64,000 nt of DNA from contig JBGFRR010000151.1 in the NCBI GenBank assembly GCA_041695045.1, positions 7,245 to 71,244 on the forward strand, read 5' to 3'. The position numbers were made by a program, and so were the translations under genes. Positions within the stretch are counted from its first letter, which is position 1; every line of letters begins with the position of its first letter. The notes below the pieces were generated by a model. That model did no database searches. It was not told where the DNA came from and was given only the letters and a program-made list of their open reading frames with translations. Of the stretch, positions 1 to 10,582 are shown piece after piece. This stretch comes from Bacteroidota bacterium (GTDB lineage Bacteria; Bacteroidota; Ignavibacteria; UBA10030).

Positions 1-29
1 GGGGAGTTGGCCCCCAACCACCCAAAGAT

Positions 30-1016
30 ATGCGCAAGCTGATATGGACGGTTGACACGCTTTACACCCCCGGCGCACAAACAATTCTAAGGGATGTTTG
101 GGGTAGCTCTCCCACCAATGTTCTTGCCGTCGGATGGATGAGCGGCAGGCATATCGTCTACCGGTACAACGGTACGACTTGGACGGAAGAACCTATTCCA
201 CCTCCGCCCGCGCCAGAGGAGAGACAAACAGTGAGTCCGAATGCAATTCTCGGTTTTTCTCCCAATGACATTTGGATCGTGGGAATCGTAGGCGGGTGGA
301 ATGGTGATACAGCTACGTACGGAACGTATCTTGCACGTTACAACGGCTCTCAATGGCAGAGGTGGCCATCTCCCCCTGGTATGGTAAAATGGCCACCCGG
401 ACTTGGCTTTCAGTCGATTGGTGGAACTTCGACTTCGGATATCTGGGCTGCGGGGATGAACATCATCACTCGTTGGAACGGTATCCAGTGGCAGGAAGCA
501 CAGGTGCCCTTGTATTCCCAAGGCATGCAATTCTCAAGCATTGCCGCACTTGCCCCTAACAACGTGTATATGATGGGATTTCGAAATGACGTTGTACAAC
601 CCCATGATACGACCGCCTACTTCCTATATCACTATGACGGACTTCACTGGACAATCAGCGATTCGGTCGTGATTACTCAGGCAGGTCAATACCAAAAGTT
701 CGGCGGATCTCTGAGAAACGTTGGCCAAACGCTCTTCAGCGCAGGAGACGGTGTGTTTCGCAAGGTAGCGAACACATGGCAACGAATTCTGGATGACCGT
801 GCCATTTTTCGGGTGGCAGGAACGGATGAGCAGAGAGTGCTTGCGATCGGACTTCGCGGAAAGGCATATCATTACAATGGCACTGATTGGCATGAATTTC
901 GAGAACTTGAAAACGCTGATGCAGTGCTTACCGGGATTTGGACCGATGACAACGAGGTATTCATTGTCGGCTTCATTCAAGGAGGTCTCAGAGGCATTAT
1001 CTGGCACGGAAAATAA
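30..1016 (+). CDS. hypothetical beta-propeller-like repeat protein
   Basis: 328-aa ORF with about six recurrences of a VGxxG.I..(Y/W)NG..W blade-like motif. The frame stays open back to position 3, so the true 5' end may lie outside the window. Confidence 0.5.
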   Translation: MRKLIWTVDTLYTPGAQTILRDVWGSSPTNVLAVGWMSGRHIVYRYNGTTWTEEPIPPPPAPEERQTVSPNAILGFSPNDIWIVGIVGGWNGDTATYGTYLARYNGSQWQRWPSPPGMVKWPPGLGFQSIGGTSTSDIWAAGMNIITRWNGIQWQEAQVPLYSQGMQFSSIAALAPNNVYMMGFRNDVVQPHDTTAYFLYHYDGLHWTISDSVVITQAGQYQKFGGSLRNVGQTLFSAGDGVFRKVANTWQRILDDRAIFRVAGTDEQRVLAIGLRGKAYHYNGTDWHEFRELENADAVLTGIWTDDNEVFIVGFIQGGLRGIIWHGK

Positions 1017-1219
1017 ACCTGGAAGGAGGTGACCAGTATGAGAGCATAGAACAACCACGGGCGAAGTGAGGCCCTTCACCCGTGGCACAAATGGCAATAA
1101 AGAGGGTCTTCGCTTGCCTTACCCAATAGGGGATGGGCGCACCTTTTTATTGCCAGTCTAAGATACAAACAGTTTACGCAAACAACAATTACGCACTTAT
1201 GAGAAAGGAGTTTTTTGCG

Positions 1220-4066
1220 ATGAAGACGCGAATTGGCTGTCTGACCGGATTGCTTCTGGCAATCCTCTTTCACCCGGCTTACACGCAGCAGTACTCTGCC
1301 TTTCCGGTGCCGCCTTATCAAAATCTCTACAAATCGTTCAGTTCTAATCTTCTGACTGTGTATTATCAGACGATCTCACTTTCGCCATTCGATCCGAATG
1401 TATATGTTGGAAGGAACGACACGTACACGCCCGACGACTTCAGAAGACGGGAAAGCTTCCGTATGGCCTATCGCTGGGATGTAAGCAGCATTCCCGACTA
1501 TGCACAAATCGATAATGCTACCCTGCGCGTTGACTGGTATTCCCTCTCAAACAAGTCCGGAGCGACGAACGTCAAGTTCTACATCAAGAAATTTCCAGGG
1601 GATAAGTGGGATGCGTTCTCTGAAGCAAAATGGAACGCCGTTAAAGCGGCTGCAAAATACGATTCCGCGGAGGCTCCGTTGAACATCCCTCGCTATGGAA
1701 CGCAAAAGAACTTTTCTGGGACCAGCACATTCTGCACGGATATCAAGAACAGTCTGCCGGGCAATTATTTCTATTTGTCTCTTCAGACTGACGACGACAC
1801 AGTCTGGACCACAGGTTCGGGGACAATTCACCAAGTGGACATCGAGCGAGGACAGGATCGCATCGACCTCGGCATCGAGCTCATTATCAATTACCATATC
1901 CCGAACTACAGCGTAACGGTCAAGAACAATTTCCCTGGTGGTTCAGTGTACATCGATGAAGTACTCCACGCGAATGTTCCATCTGAGGGGGTCACCAACA
2001 GCTGGCTCGGCGGTACAAATCACTCGGTACGCGCTATCGACGGCCAGGTTGTTGATGGATATACATGGAGTTATCGAGAATGGATAAACAAAGATGGTCA
2101 GCCTGTCGCATCCACTCCAAACACAAGCCACTCTTTCCAAGTAACCAAAAATGAGACCTATACCGCCAATTACACACGGCGGTTTGTTGTTTCGGGCACT
2201 TTTACAGTAGCAAGCGGTCAGACGCGGACATTCCTCCCCGGCGACCAGATTTTTTTTCAGCCGGGGGCCAAATTGCTCGTGTATGGACAGCTAGTTGCAA
2301 ACGGAACTTCGAGCCAACGAATTACCTTTACACGTGCAGGCTCAAGTGGCGATTACCAAGGAATTGAGTTCATCGGCTCTAACAACTCTTCCCTCCAATA
2401 CTGCGACATCACATACGCCACCATGCCCGTCAAAGCCACCAACACTAACAATCTCACCATCAGCAACGTCAGCATCGGCAGCTCAAGCTTCTCCAACGGC
2501 GTGGATGATGCCGCGATGGCGTTCTATAATTCTTCTCCCACCATCAGCAACATTACCATCAACGGCCAATCAAACTCCTCGAACGGTGTGCGCTTCGCCC
2601 TAGGTTCATCGGGTCTCATTCAATACAGCACCATCCAGAACCTCGGCGCAGGCAACGGTATTGTGGTACAAGGGAACTCCAGTCCGTTGATTGCTTACAA
2701 CACGATTCAGAACAACTACTACTACGGCATCGTGCTGCCTGCCAACGGAACTGCCATGCCGGAAATCATCGGCAATACGTTTTTCCGCAACGGCGAGATT
2801 ATCAACGGGGCACCTGTCCGGTATGGAGGCATTGCGTTTGATAACTCCCGCGCCAGTGTCCGGGACAATACCTTCCGCTCTAACCACTTCGCCATCCTGT
2901 GCGATAACTACGCATCGCCTGAATCGGGCAACTATAGTTCTCCCTCATGGCAGCCGGGGGCGAACTTCATGACGGAGAACAACTACGGCGTCATCGCGTA
3001 TACCTACAGCACACCCACCTTTGGCCTGTATGATCCTGTCCAAGGCCGCTACTACGGAGCGTGCAATCACATCTATGGCAATGCTGTGCACAACGTCCAC
3101 GCGGGTTCCTCCAGCACGGTCTACGTCCAGGGCAACTGGTGGGGGTCGAGTCCGCCAGACCCGGCAAAGTTCTACGCCTACGGGGGAGCCTGGATCAACT
3201 ATGAGCCCTGGCTCACCACTCCGACCATAGACTGCCAGGGAGGGGGCTTTCGGATCAGCGCACGGTTAGAGAACGCCGGTGGGCATACGGCCGAGAGAGC
3301 GACCGAGCTGCTCTTGCAGGCCCGGCTTGCACGGGTCAAGAGGCAGTATGCGCTTGCCAGGGCGCTGTATCAAGCCGTTGCCGCTCAGGCTGTTGAACAA
3401 GCCGACCGTGAGCGCGGACTGGTGGGGTTGTTCGATCTGTTTCGAGATTCAAACGATCACTCGTTGATCGGAGATGTGGAGCAATACCGCTCGGCGTCCG
3501 GCAGCATGAGTGCCATCGCCTCGGAGCTGTTAATGAGCATGTATACGGCAGTGGGACGTTATGCCGATGCACGTGCATTGGCACTTTCCCACAAGGCGAA
3601 AGCCACCGACACTCGTCGGCAGATGTATGCGTTGATCCAGTTAGCTTCGCTTGGAGGGTTTGCGGAATCTGAACGCGCAGTTGCCGGTCAGGCTTTGCGA
3701 GAACTGCGGGAGAAGTTTGGTTCTACGGTTGATGCTGGGTTGCTGGCTGCCTTGGGAACCGGCGATGTCTCGCCGCCACAGGCATCGGCAGGATTGGAAG
3801 AATGGACGGACTTTGCGTTGTCCAACTACCCCAACCCCTTCAATCCATCGACGGTTATCCGCTTTACATTGTCCAAAGCGGGTCATACATCTCTGAAGGT
3901 CTTCGACCTTCTCGGTCGGGAAGTGGCAGCGCTTGTCAACGAGTATCGCGCTGTGGGGTCGCATCAGGTTCTCTTGGATGCCTCGACGCTGCCGAGCGGG
4001 ATGTACTTTTACAGATTAGAATCCGGCGGAAGAGTGATGGTTCAGAAGATGGTGCTGGCGCGATAG
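1220..4066 (+). CDS. secreted parallel beta-helix repeat protein with T9SS (Por) C-terminal sorting domain
   Basis: Start chosen at ATG 1220, which gives the signal peptide MKTRIGCLTGLLLAILFHPAYTQ. The central region has NxxI/GxxV beta-helix repeats. The C-terminus NYPNPFNPSTVIRFTL...GMYFYRLESGG...KMVLAR is a typical T9SS type A tail. Confidence 0.75.
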   Translation: MKTRIGCLTGLLLAILFHPAYTQQYSAFPVPPYQNLYKSFSSNLLTVYYQTISLSPFDPNVYVGRNDTYTPDDFRRRESFRMAYRWDVSSIPDYAQIDNATLRVDWYSLSNKSGATNVKFYIKKFPGDKWDAFSEAKWNAVKAAAKYDSAEAPLNIPRYGTQKNFSGTSTFCTDIKNSLPGNYFYLSLQTDDDTVWTTGSGTIHQVDIERGQDRIDLGIELIINYHIPNYSVTVKNNFPGGSVYIDEVLHANVPSEGVTNSWLGGTNHSVRAIDGQVVDGYTWSYREWINKDGQPVASTPNTSHSFQVTKNETYTANYTRRFVVSGTFTVASGQTRTFLPGDQIFFQPGAKLLVYGQLVANGTSSQRITFTRAGSSGDYQGIEFIGSNNSSLQYCDITYATMPVKATNTNNLTISNVSIGSSSFSNGVDDAAMAFYNSSPTISNITINGQSNSSNGVRFALGSSGLIQYSTIQNLGAGNGIVVQGNSSPLIAYNTIQNNYYYGIVLPANGTAMPEIIGNTFFRNGEIINGAPVRYGGIAFDNSRASVRDNTFRSNHFAILCDNYASPESGNYSSPSWQPGANFMTENNYGVIAYTYSTPTFGLYDPVQGRYYGACNHIYGNAVHNVHAGSSSTVYVQGNWWGSSPPDPAKFYAYGGAWINYEPWLTTPTIDCQGGGFRISARLENAGGHTAERATELLLQARLARVKRQYALARALYQAVAAQAVEQADRERGLVGLFDLFRDSNDHSLIGDVEQYRSASGSMSAIASELLMSMYTAVGRYADARALALSHKAKATDTRRQMYALIQLASLGGFAESERAVAGQALRELREKFGSTVDAGLLAALGTGDVSPPQASAGLEEWTDFALSNYPNPFNPSTVIRFTLSKAGHTSLKVFDLLGREVAALVNEYRAVGSHQVLLDASTLPSGMYFYRLESGGRVMVQKMVLAR

Positions 4067-4092
4067 CTTCTCACTGGCATTTAGCACTTGTT

Positions 4093-4162
4093 GGTCGGGA
4101 GTTGAACTCCCGACCACAATGTGAAGACCAACGGGAAGAGGACGGCTCTGGAGAGCCGTCCT
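4093..4162. terminator. two GC-rich hairpins between convergent genes (U-tract-less, possibly bidirectional terminators)
   Basis: Hairpin 1: ggtcgggag (4093-4101) pairs with ctcccgacc (4107-4115). Hairpin 2: aggacggctc (4139-4148) pairs with gagccgtcct (4153-4162). Neither is followed by a T-run. Confidence 0.4.
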
Positions 4163-4171
4163 ACAATTCGA

Positions 4172-6337
4172 CTACTGCGAGGTTTTCCCTCCACGAATCT
4201 CCTTCACCAATCGCTCTGCGTTGTAGATGCTTCTCAAAGCCTCGAGGATTCCAGCCGAGTGGACGGAAACCGCTCGTTCGACCTCGCTGCTGTAGAGCAC
4301 ATCGTTCGGCAGGCTCTCGATGTTGCCGTCGAAGATCAATCCAACGACCTCGAGGTTCTTGTTCACGACCGGACTGCCGGAGTTGCCGCCGATGACGTCG
4401 TTGGTGGAGACGAAGTTGAACGGCGTGCTCATGGTGAACGTCGGCGGCGGGGTCTGCCATCGATCGGGAAGCCACCACGGTTCCTTCTTGCCAAAGGAAT
4501 AGAACCGGTCGTACATCCCGTAGAACGTCGTCACGGGCGGAGCGACTGTGCCGTTGTAGGGATAGCCTTTGACAACGCCGTCTGCCATGCGGAGCGTGAA
4601 TGTTGCGTCGGGTGGGATGCTCGTGCCGTACACATCGTAGAGAGCTCTGCCGAGCATCTGCACGCGGGCGGCTTCGCGTGATTCCACGTCAGAGACCCGG
4701 CGGCGCACGTCCGTTGCCTGCGCATCGGTCTTCACGATGAACGCGATGAACGGGTCCGTGGAGGCCAGAATAGCATCCGGCCCGGCTTCGACGAGCCACG
4801 TAGCAGTCTCTTTATTCGTGAGGATCGTGCTGCCAAGCAGTTCGGCAGCGACCGCGGAGACAGGGCGATTGCCAACGAGTGCGTTGAAGTGCTCGTTGCG
4901 TCCGGCAAACGCGTCGCGCATCCAGGTGAGGTGGAACTCGAGCAACGTTCGCTCAAGCTCAACATCGACCTGAGCGGAGACGAGGCGGTCTTTTGTCTGT
5001 TCCAGTGCGTTCCCGCGGTAGCGCTGGTCGCGTTCGTTTTCTGGTCGGCGCATTTGCTTCGCATACTCGACGATGTCGAATGCAATGCCGAACAGCGACG
5101 ACCGCCCAATGCGCCGGAAGGTGAAGGCGTTGTTCTCGGCAAACAGCGCAGCTTTTTCGGTTTGCAGTCGTTCAATCTCCTCCCACAACGCGACGTATTG
5201 TCGCTGGAGTTGCGGCTTTGTTGCGACGGACGACCGGAACGTGCGCTCGAAGTCGCGCTTCTTCGCCAGCGTGATCGGATCGCGCAAGCCCTTCAGCCGT
5301 CCCTCATACAGCTTGTGTCCGTTCGAATAGCTGAAGAGTTGGGTCTGGTACTGCAGCTTTTTGTCCGGATGTTTGGCCAGATAGTCCGAGAAGATGCGGA
5401 CGAGGTTATCTAACGCACGGAAGAGGAACGGGTACTGATAGTCGCGCATGAATTCCAGCTGTGCAACGGTGAGCAGGCGGTTCGTTCGGCCGGGATTGCC
5501 GAGCACGAACACCGCTTCGTCTTCTGCGGCGCCGGCAGCGCTCCACGGGAAGTAGGTGCTCGTTGTCAGCGGCTTCCCGTCTTCGCCGTAGACGCGGTAG
5601 AACGTAACGTCGAGAGCGTAGCGGGGATAGGTGAAGTTATCCGGGTCGCCGCCGAAGTAGCCCAACTCCTGTTCGGGAGCGAACACCAAGCGTACGTCGG
5701 TGTACCGCTTGTAACCGTAGAGCGAGTAGCGGCCGCCGTTGTAGAAGGTGATGACGTTGCAGATGAGGCCGGTTTTCTCCGCGTAGCGTTTCTCGATTTC
5801 AGCGATAGCATTCTGCCGCATGCGTACACGCTCCTCGTCCGTTTTGCCCTGCTCGAACGCGCGGACCACCTCATCCGTAACGTCTTCAATGAGCACGAGT
5901 TGGTCGGCGTAGTAGTTGGGGATCTTGCGCTCGTCTTCGAGCGTCGCGGCATAGAAGCCGTCCTGCGGAAGGTTCTCTCCTTCTCGGTTCACGGCGTCGA
6001 GCGCACCGCGCGCACAGTGATGGTTGGTCATAACGAGGCCGTCGGCGGTGACGAACGATGCGCTGCAGCCGGGGAGGCGGAGCGCTGCGAGCCGCGCTTG
6101 CTCGAACCATTGCGGCGTCGGCCGGAAGCTGTACGTCCGTTCAAAGTAATCCACCGGCGGGTAGTCGAACGTCCACATCTTGCCGGTATCGAACGCACCG
6201 GCCCTGACGGTATCGAGATCGACGGCGCTGTGGACGGCTGGCCTGACAGCCCCGCCAAGGCGGGGCTGTGTCGAGCAACCGGCGAGAAGCAGGACCGTAA
6301 CAAGCGTCCAGATAAGGATCAACAAGCGTTTGTTCAT
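4172..6337 (-). CDS. S46 family dipeptidyl-peptidase (DPP7/DPP11-like serine peptidase)
   Basis: 721 aa with a signal/lipobox-like N-terminus (LLLAGCS). The MWTFDYPP...CSASFVTADGLVMTNHHCA catalytic His region and the C-terminal GGNSGSPV serine motif are typical of family S46. Confidence 0.85.
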   Translation of the reverse strand: MNKRLLILIWTLVTVLLLAGCSTQPRLGGAVRPAVHSAVDLDTVRAGAFDTGKMWTFDYPPVDYFERTYSFRPTPQWFEQARLAALRLPGCSASFVTADGLVMTNHHCARGALDAVNREGENLPQDGFYAATLEDERKIPNYYADQLVLIEDVTDEVVRAFEQGKTDEERVRMRQNAIAEIEKRYAEKTGLICNVITFYNGGRYSLYGYKRYTDVRLVFAPEQELGYFGGDPDNFTYPRYALDVTFYRVYGEDGKPLTTSTYFPWSAAGAAEDEAVFVLGNPGRTNRLLTVAQLEFMRDYQYPFLFRALDNLVRIFSDYLAKHPDKKLQYQTQLFSYSNGHKLYEGRLKGLRDPITLAKKRDFERTFRSSVATKPQLQRQYVALWEEIERLQTEKAALFAENNAFTFRRIGRSSLFGIAFDIVEYAKQMRRPENERDQRYRGNALEQTKDRLVSAQVDVELERTLLEFHLTWMRDAFAGRNEHFNALVGNRPVSAVAAELLGSTILTNKETATWLVEAGPDAILASTDPFIAFIVKTDAQATDVRRRVSDVESREAARVQMLGRALYDVYGTSIPPDATFTLRMADGVVKGYPYNGTVAPPVTTFYGMYDRFYSFGKKEPWWLPDRWQTPPPTFTMSTPFNFVSTNDVIGGNSGSPVVNKNLEVVGLIFDGNIESLPNDVLYSSEVERAVSVHSAGILEALRSIYNAERLVKEIRGGKTSQ

Positions 6338-6450
6338 AGGGACCTCCGGGATTAGCGCTTCGGCATGTAGTGACGATGAAGCTACAGGGAAGCGGAGTTG
6401 AGCGGAATATGGAAGCGGTCAAAAGGTAAGAAGAAGGAAGTGCGGAAGCA

Positions 6451-6480
6451 AAATAAAAAGCCCCACCAAGGCGGGGCTTT
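6451..6480 (-). terminator. rho-independent terminator of the small membrane protein gene
   Basis: aaagcccc (6457-6464) pairs with ggggcttt (6473-6480) around an 8-nt loop. On the minus strand it is followed by TTTTTATTT (complement of 6451-6459). Confidence 0.55.
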
Positions 6481-6507
6481 GACGTCAAAAAACCAAACTT
6501 CGACTGC

Positions 6508-6927
6508 TTACGATGAAGTTGCCGCCTTCGGTTTCATGCCGAAGAGAACGGCAAGAGCGATTCCGAACACGATGAATTCAACCATCCCGTACAAGAACCA
6601 TTGCAGAGCGAGGGAATACGGAATCGGCATAACGGCATAGGTGCCGTACGCGAACGGCGTGTTGATCAGCATGCCCGTGTACAGCCCGTAGCGAACACCC
6701 TCAGCAATGCCCTTCCCCTCGTAGCCCTTGGAGAAGATCAGTGCAAGGAAGAATGCTGCGACGGCCGTCGTAATTATCATCACTCCCATCTTCATTTCCT
6801 CTTCCGGCCGCCATAAGTGCGCCGTGTCCATGTATGCCGACGCCAACAGAATATTATGAATGACGTAATCCATCACGACCGCAAGAACAAACACCACAGC
6901 AGCCCCCACCCAGACTTTCTTGTTCAT
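6508..6927 (-). CDS. small integral membrane protein (DUF1761-like, 4 predicted TM segments)
   Basis: Start taken at the internal MNKKVWVGAAVVFVLAVV. The sequence is hydrophobic throughout, and a terminator lies just downstream. Confidence 0.6.
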   Translation of the reverse strand: MNKKVWVGAAVVFVLAVVMDYVIHNILLASAYMDTAHLWRPEEEMKMGVMIITTAVAAFFLALIFSKGYEGKGIAEGVRYGLYTGMLINTPFAYGTYAVMPIPYSLALQWFLYGMVEFIVFGIALAVLFGMKPKAATSS

Positions 6928-7244
6928 ACATCCTCCTGTAAAGATGTGATGAAGGGATTGAGTGAGATACAGCCGCCGCAATACTACAAAACCCGCCGCT
7001 GATTGTCAAATGAGCAACATCCGGCGGCACATAACGCTCGGAGAATCAACCTCGTTCCAACGGAGACTATGGGAAGAAGCTCGATGGCGAAAATCAAAAT
7101 CGGAATCAAGCGCCATCCCCAGTTGCCTTTCCTCGAACAATTCCGTAACGTCTTTCCCCGTGCCGCCACTTTCCCACCATTTCGGCATGGCCTCAACCCC
7201 GACAAGTGGGGATTGATCCATACAACAATCCACAGGATAACCAC

Positions 7245-8684
7245 ATGAAACATGTTCTTCTTCTCTGTGCCGTTCTGGCCGGTGTCGCGCTCGGGCAGGA
7301 GACCCGCCTGCGGGTCCCACTGTACGGGATCCCGAAAAACGGGACTGAATCGCCCTTCGGCGGGCAGGCCCGCCTGAAGGTTTCGTACGAACGCTTCGTG
7401 CTGCCGAACGGTCTGGACGTCATCTTGCATGTCGACCGCACAACGCCGACGGTAAGTGTGAACCTCTGGTATCATGTCGGCTCGGCGCGCGAGAAGCCGG
7501 GGCGGACGGGCTTCGCGCATTTGTTCGAGCACATTATGTTCGAAGGCTCGGCGAATGTGCCGGAAGGTAAATTCGATGAATGGCTCGAAGCGGCCGGCGG
7601 CGACAACAACGGCTCCACCAACCCCGACCGCACCAACTACTTCGAGAACATTCCTACCAACGCGCTCGAGCTCGCGCTGTTCTTGGAATCCGACCGCATG
7701 GGCTACCTGCTCGATGCGATGTCGCCGGAGAAAGTCGACGGCCAGCGCGATGTGGTGAAGAACGAGCGCCGGCAGTCGTACGAGAACCGGCCGTACGGTA
7801 TGTCGTGGATTGTTTTGAGCGAGAACCTCTATCACAAAGACCACCCGTATCACTGGCCGACGATCGGGTATATGGAAGACCTCTCGGCGGCAAGCTACGA
7901 GGATGTGGTGGAGTTCTACAAGAACTTCTACGGCCCGAACAACGCCAGCCTCGCGATCGCGGGGGACATTGACGTCAAGGAGACGAAACGACTGGTGGAA
8001 AAGTGGTTCAGTGAAATTCCGCGCGGCCGCAGCGTGCCGCCCCTCGATGCACCGGCGGCTCACCTTGCCGAAGAAAAGCGCCTTGTGATGGAAGACCGCG
8101 TTCAACTGCCGCGCATCACCATGGCCTGGCACACGCCGGCTAACCTCACACCGGGCGACGCGGAGTTGGACCTTGCCGCGTCGATTCTCGCGGGGGGGAA
8201 GAACTCGCGCCTCTACAAGCGGTTAGTGTACGAGCTTCAGGTGGCGCAGGATGTTTCGGCGTTTCAGTACTCATCCGCTCTATCATCATCGTTTCGCATT
8301 ATTGCCACTGCGCGCACGGGACACACCCTCGCGGAACTGGAGCGACTCATTCAAGAAGAGATCGACAAACTGAAAGCAGAACCGCCCACTGAACGCGAGC
8401 TCCAGCGTGCTGTCAACCAGTATGAGGCCGGATTCCTCAATCGCCTCGAGCTCATCGGCGGCTTCGGCGGCAAAGCCGATCAGTTGAACGCCTACTACTT
8501 CTACACCGGCAACCCGGATTACTTCAACGAAGACCTCGCCCGCTACAAGGCGGTCGACCCGGAGGATATCCGCGCCGTGGTCAAAACGTATCTCAAAGAC
8601 GATGCACGCGTGGTGTTGAGCGTGGTGCCGCAGGGCAAGAAAGAACTCGCCGCGGCGAACAGTAAGGAGGTGGCGGTGAAATGA
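7245..8684 (+). CDS. M16 family zinc peptidase (pitrilysin/insulinase-like), active subunit
   Basis: Signal peptide MKHVLLLCAVLAGVALGQ. The inverted zinc motif HLFEHIMFEG (HxxEH) is present, with a downstream ENRPYG region. Confidence 0.85.
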   Translation: MKHVLLLCAVLAGVALGQETRLRVPLYGIPKNGTESPFGGQARLKVSYERFVLPNGLDVILHVDRTTPTVSVNLWYHVGSAREKPGRTGFAHLFEHIMFEGSANVPEGKFDEWLEAAGGDNNGSTNPDRTNYFENIPTNALELALFLESDRMGYLLDAMSPEKVDGQRDVVKNERRQSYENRPYGMSWIVLSENLYHKDHPYHWPTIGYMEDLSAASYEDVVEFYKNFYGPNNASLAIAGDIDVKETKRLVEKWFSEIPRGRSVPPLDAPAAHLAEEKRLVMEDRVQLPRITMAWHTPANLTPGDAELDLAASILAGGKNSRLYKRLVYELQVAQDVSAFQYSSALSSSFRIIATARTGHTLAELERLIQEEIDKLKAEPPTERELQRAVNQYEAGFLNRLELIGGFGGKADQLNAYYFYTGNPDYFNEDLARYKAVDPEDIRAVVKTYLKDDARVVLSVVPQGKKELAAANSKEVAVK

Positions 8685-10207
8685 AGACAGAAAGCAGATT
8701 CCTGACCGCAGAGAGCAGAAAGCAGCGTGGGAGAAGGAAGGGGATTCACGCAAGGGCGATCGTCGCGTTAATTGTGTTGGTGGGGATGTTGGTCGGTACG
8801 GCGACAGTGCGTGCGCAGAAGGTAGACCGCAGCAAGCCGCCCGAGTTGGGACCGACACCCACGCTGAAACTTCCGGCCATCCATCGCATGAAACTTTCAA
8901 ACGGCTTGCCGGTGGTGATGATCGAGAAACGCGGTGTGCCGCTCATTCAGATCAATCTTCTGGTACGAACGGGAAGCGCGTACGACCCCGCTGGCAAATC
9001 CGGACTCGCCAACATGACTGCCGATATGATGGACGAAGGCGCCGGCACGATGACGGCGTTGGAGTTAGCAGACGCTATCGACTTTCTCGGCGCAAGCATC
9101 TCAACGTTTGCCGGCCAACACACGAGCGGCGTTTCACTTCACACGCCGGTGAGCAAGCTCGACGAGGCGATTCCGCTCATGGCCGATATCGCGCTCCGGC
9201 CGACATTCCCTGCGGAAGAATTGGAGCGCAAGCGAAAAGAACGGCTGACGTCGTTATTACAATGGCACGATGAGCCGCGCGTTGTTGCCTCCGTCATGCT
9301 CAGCAAAACCCTCTTTGGCGATGAGCATCCTTACGGCAAGCCCACCATCGGTAACGAACTGAGCATACGGTCGTTCACAGTTACGGACTTGAAGAACTTC
9401 CACGCCGCTCATTTTTTGCCAGCCAACGCAACGCTGGTAGTTGTTGGAGAGCTTTCGCCGAAGGACGCGAAGGCAACATTGGAAAGAGTGTTCAGCAAAT
9501 GGCGCGGCAGGGTGGTACAGCAGCCCGCGTGGCCTGCTGTGAAGCAGGTTCAGGAGCGCAAGGTCTATCTCATCGACAAGCCGGGTGCAGCGCAGTCGGA
9601 GATTCGCATCGGCCGCATCGGTGTCCGGCGGACGACGGATGACTACTACGCGCTGCAAGTGATGAATACGATCCTGGGTGGGTCGTTCACCTCGCGGTTG
9701 AATCAGAACCTCCGTGAAACGCACGGCTACTCGTACGGCGCAGGATCGGTTTTCGACATGCGCCCGATGCCGGGGCCCTTCTTCGCCAGCTCAGCCGTGC
9801 ACACCGACGTGACGGACAAAGCGCTCATGGAGTTTATGAAAGAGCTGAACGGCATCCTTCAGCCCGTCTCCGACGAAGAGCTGACGCGTGCGAAGAACTA
9901 CCTCGCACTCGGCTATCCGGAGAGATTTCAATCGGTCGGACGCATCGCGAGCCAGCTGAACGAGCTGGCGACGTACAATCTGCCGGACGATTACTTCAAC
10001 TCCTACATCGGCCGCGTCATGGCGGTGACGAAAGCTGACGTCGAGCGCGTGGCGAAGAAATATCTCGACCCGGAAAAAGTGGCCATCATCATCGTCGGTG
10101 ACCGGAGTGTGATTGAGCAAGGCGTCCGCGCGGTGAACTTAGGAGCGGTAGAGGTGCTGACGGTTGAGGATGTGTTGGGGAAGAAGCCGGTGGTGGAGAC
10201 ACAGTAA
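8681..10207 (+). CDS. M16 family peptidase, non-catalytic partner subunit
   Basis: ATGA overlap with the upstream M16 gene, with AAGGAGG 11 nt upstream. M16 fold motifs are present, but the HxxEH position reads GLANMTADMMDEG. Confidence 0.85.
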   Translation: MKTESRFLTAESRKQRGRRKGIHARAIVALIVLVGMLVGTATVRAQKVDRSKPPELGPTPTLKLPAIHRMKLSNGLPVVMIEKRGVPLIQINLLVRTGSAYDPAGKSGLANMTADMMDEGAGTMTALELADAIDFLGASISTFAGQHTSGVSLHTPVSKLDEAIPLMADIALRPTFPAEELERKRKERLTSLLQWHDEPRVVASVMLSKTLFGDEHPYGKPTIGNELSIRSFTVTDLKNFHAAHFLPANATLVVVGELSPKDAKATLERVFSKWRGRVVQQPAWPAVKQVQERKVYLIDKPGAAQSEIRIGRIGVRRTTDDYYALQVMNTILGGSFTSRLNQNLRETHGYSYGAGSVFDMRPMPGPFFASSAVHTDVTDKALMEFMKELNGILQPVSDEELTRAKNYLALGYPERFQSVGRIASQLNELATYNLPDDYFNSYIGRVMAVTKADVERVAKKYLDPEKVAIIIVGDRSVIEQGVRAVNLGAVEVLTVEDVLGKKPVVETQ

Positions 10208-10251
10208 GGGTTGATTATTCCAGCGTGAAGCAGAAGCATCTCTTGCTCTTT

Positions 10252-10390
10252 CTTCAAGATCCCCTCTGTTCCGAGGGAGTTTGCGCCAAAGGCGCATTAG
10301 CCTATGGCTGAATACTCCCGAGGACAACAGGTGAGCGGGGTGGGGTGTTCGGGAGTGAAACTCCCTCACAACTTCAAGATCCCCTCTGTT
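10252..10390. repeat. 19-nt perfect direct repeat cttcaagatcccctctgtt (10252-10270 and 10372-10390) flanking a 101-nt structured spacer
   Basis: Read directly from the sequence. Only two copies are seen in the window. Confidence 0.6.
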
Positions 10391-10395
10391 TATCC

Positions 10396-10582
10396 TCGTT
10401 CCCACGCTCCGTTTACCCCGTCGCTCTTTGGCGGGGCGTGGGAACGAATTGGCATGAGACTTAGCGTTGCCCCGACGAGTCGGGGGGGACGCAGTTCCGA
10501 CGCGGAGCGTCGGAACGAGTTGAACATTCCGACGCGTCCCGCCATAGAACGGCGGGACATCCCGCTCAAAAGCAAGCGGGAT
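10396..10582. other. array of five consecutive perfect GC-rich hairpins (REP-like cluster or structured RNA)
   Basis: Stems: 10396-10407/10436-10447 (12 bp), 10470-10475/10480-10485 (6 bp), 10494-10503/10507-10516 (10 bp), 10536-10543/10551-10558 (8 bp) and 10559-10566/10575-10582 (8 bp). GTTCC(C/G)AC and GT(C/G)GGAAC motifs recur. Confidence 0.5.

Noticed and set aside
6984-8132. 382-aa minus-strand ORF
   Set aside because: It lies entirely antisense to the well-supported M16 peptidase gene. Its composition is Arg/Ala/Val-rich and low-complexity, as is typical of shadow ORFs in GC-rich DNA, and it shows no recognisable motifs.
10252-10390. Mini-CRISPR formed by the 19-nt direct repeats
   Set aside because: There are only two copies, the repeat is shorter than typical CRISPR repeats, the spacer is 101 nt and highly self-complementary, and there are no cas genes in the window.
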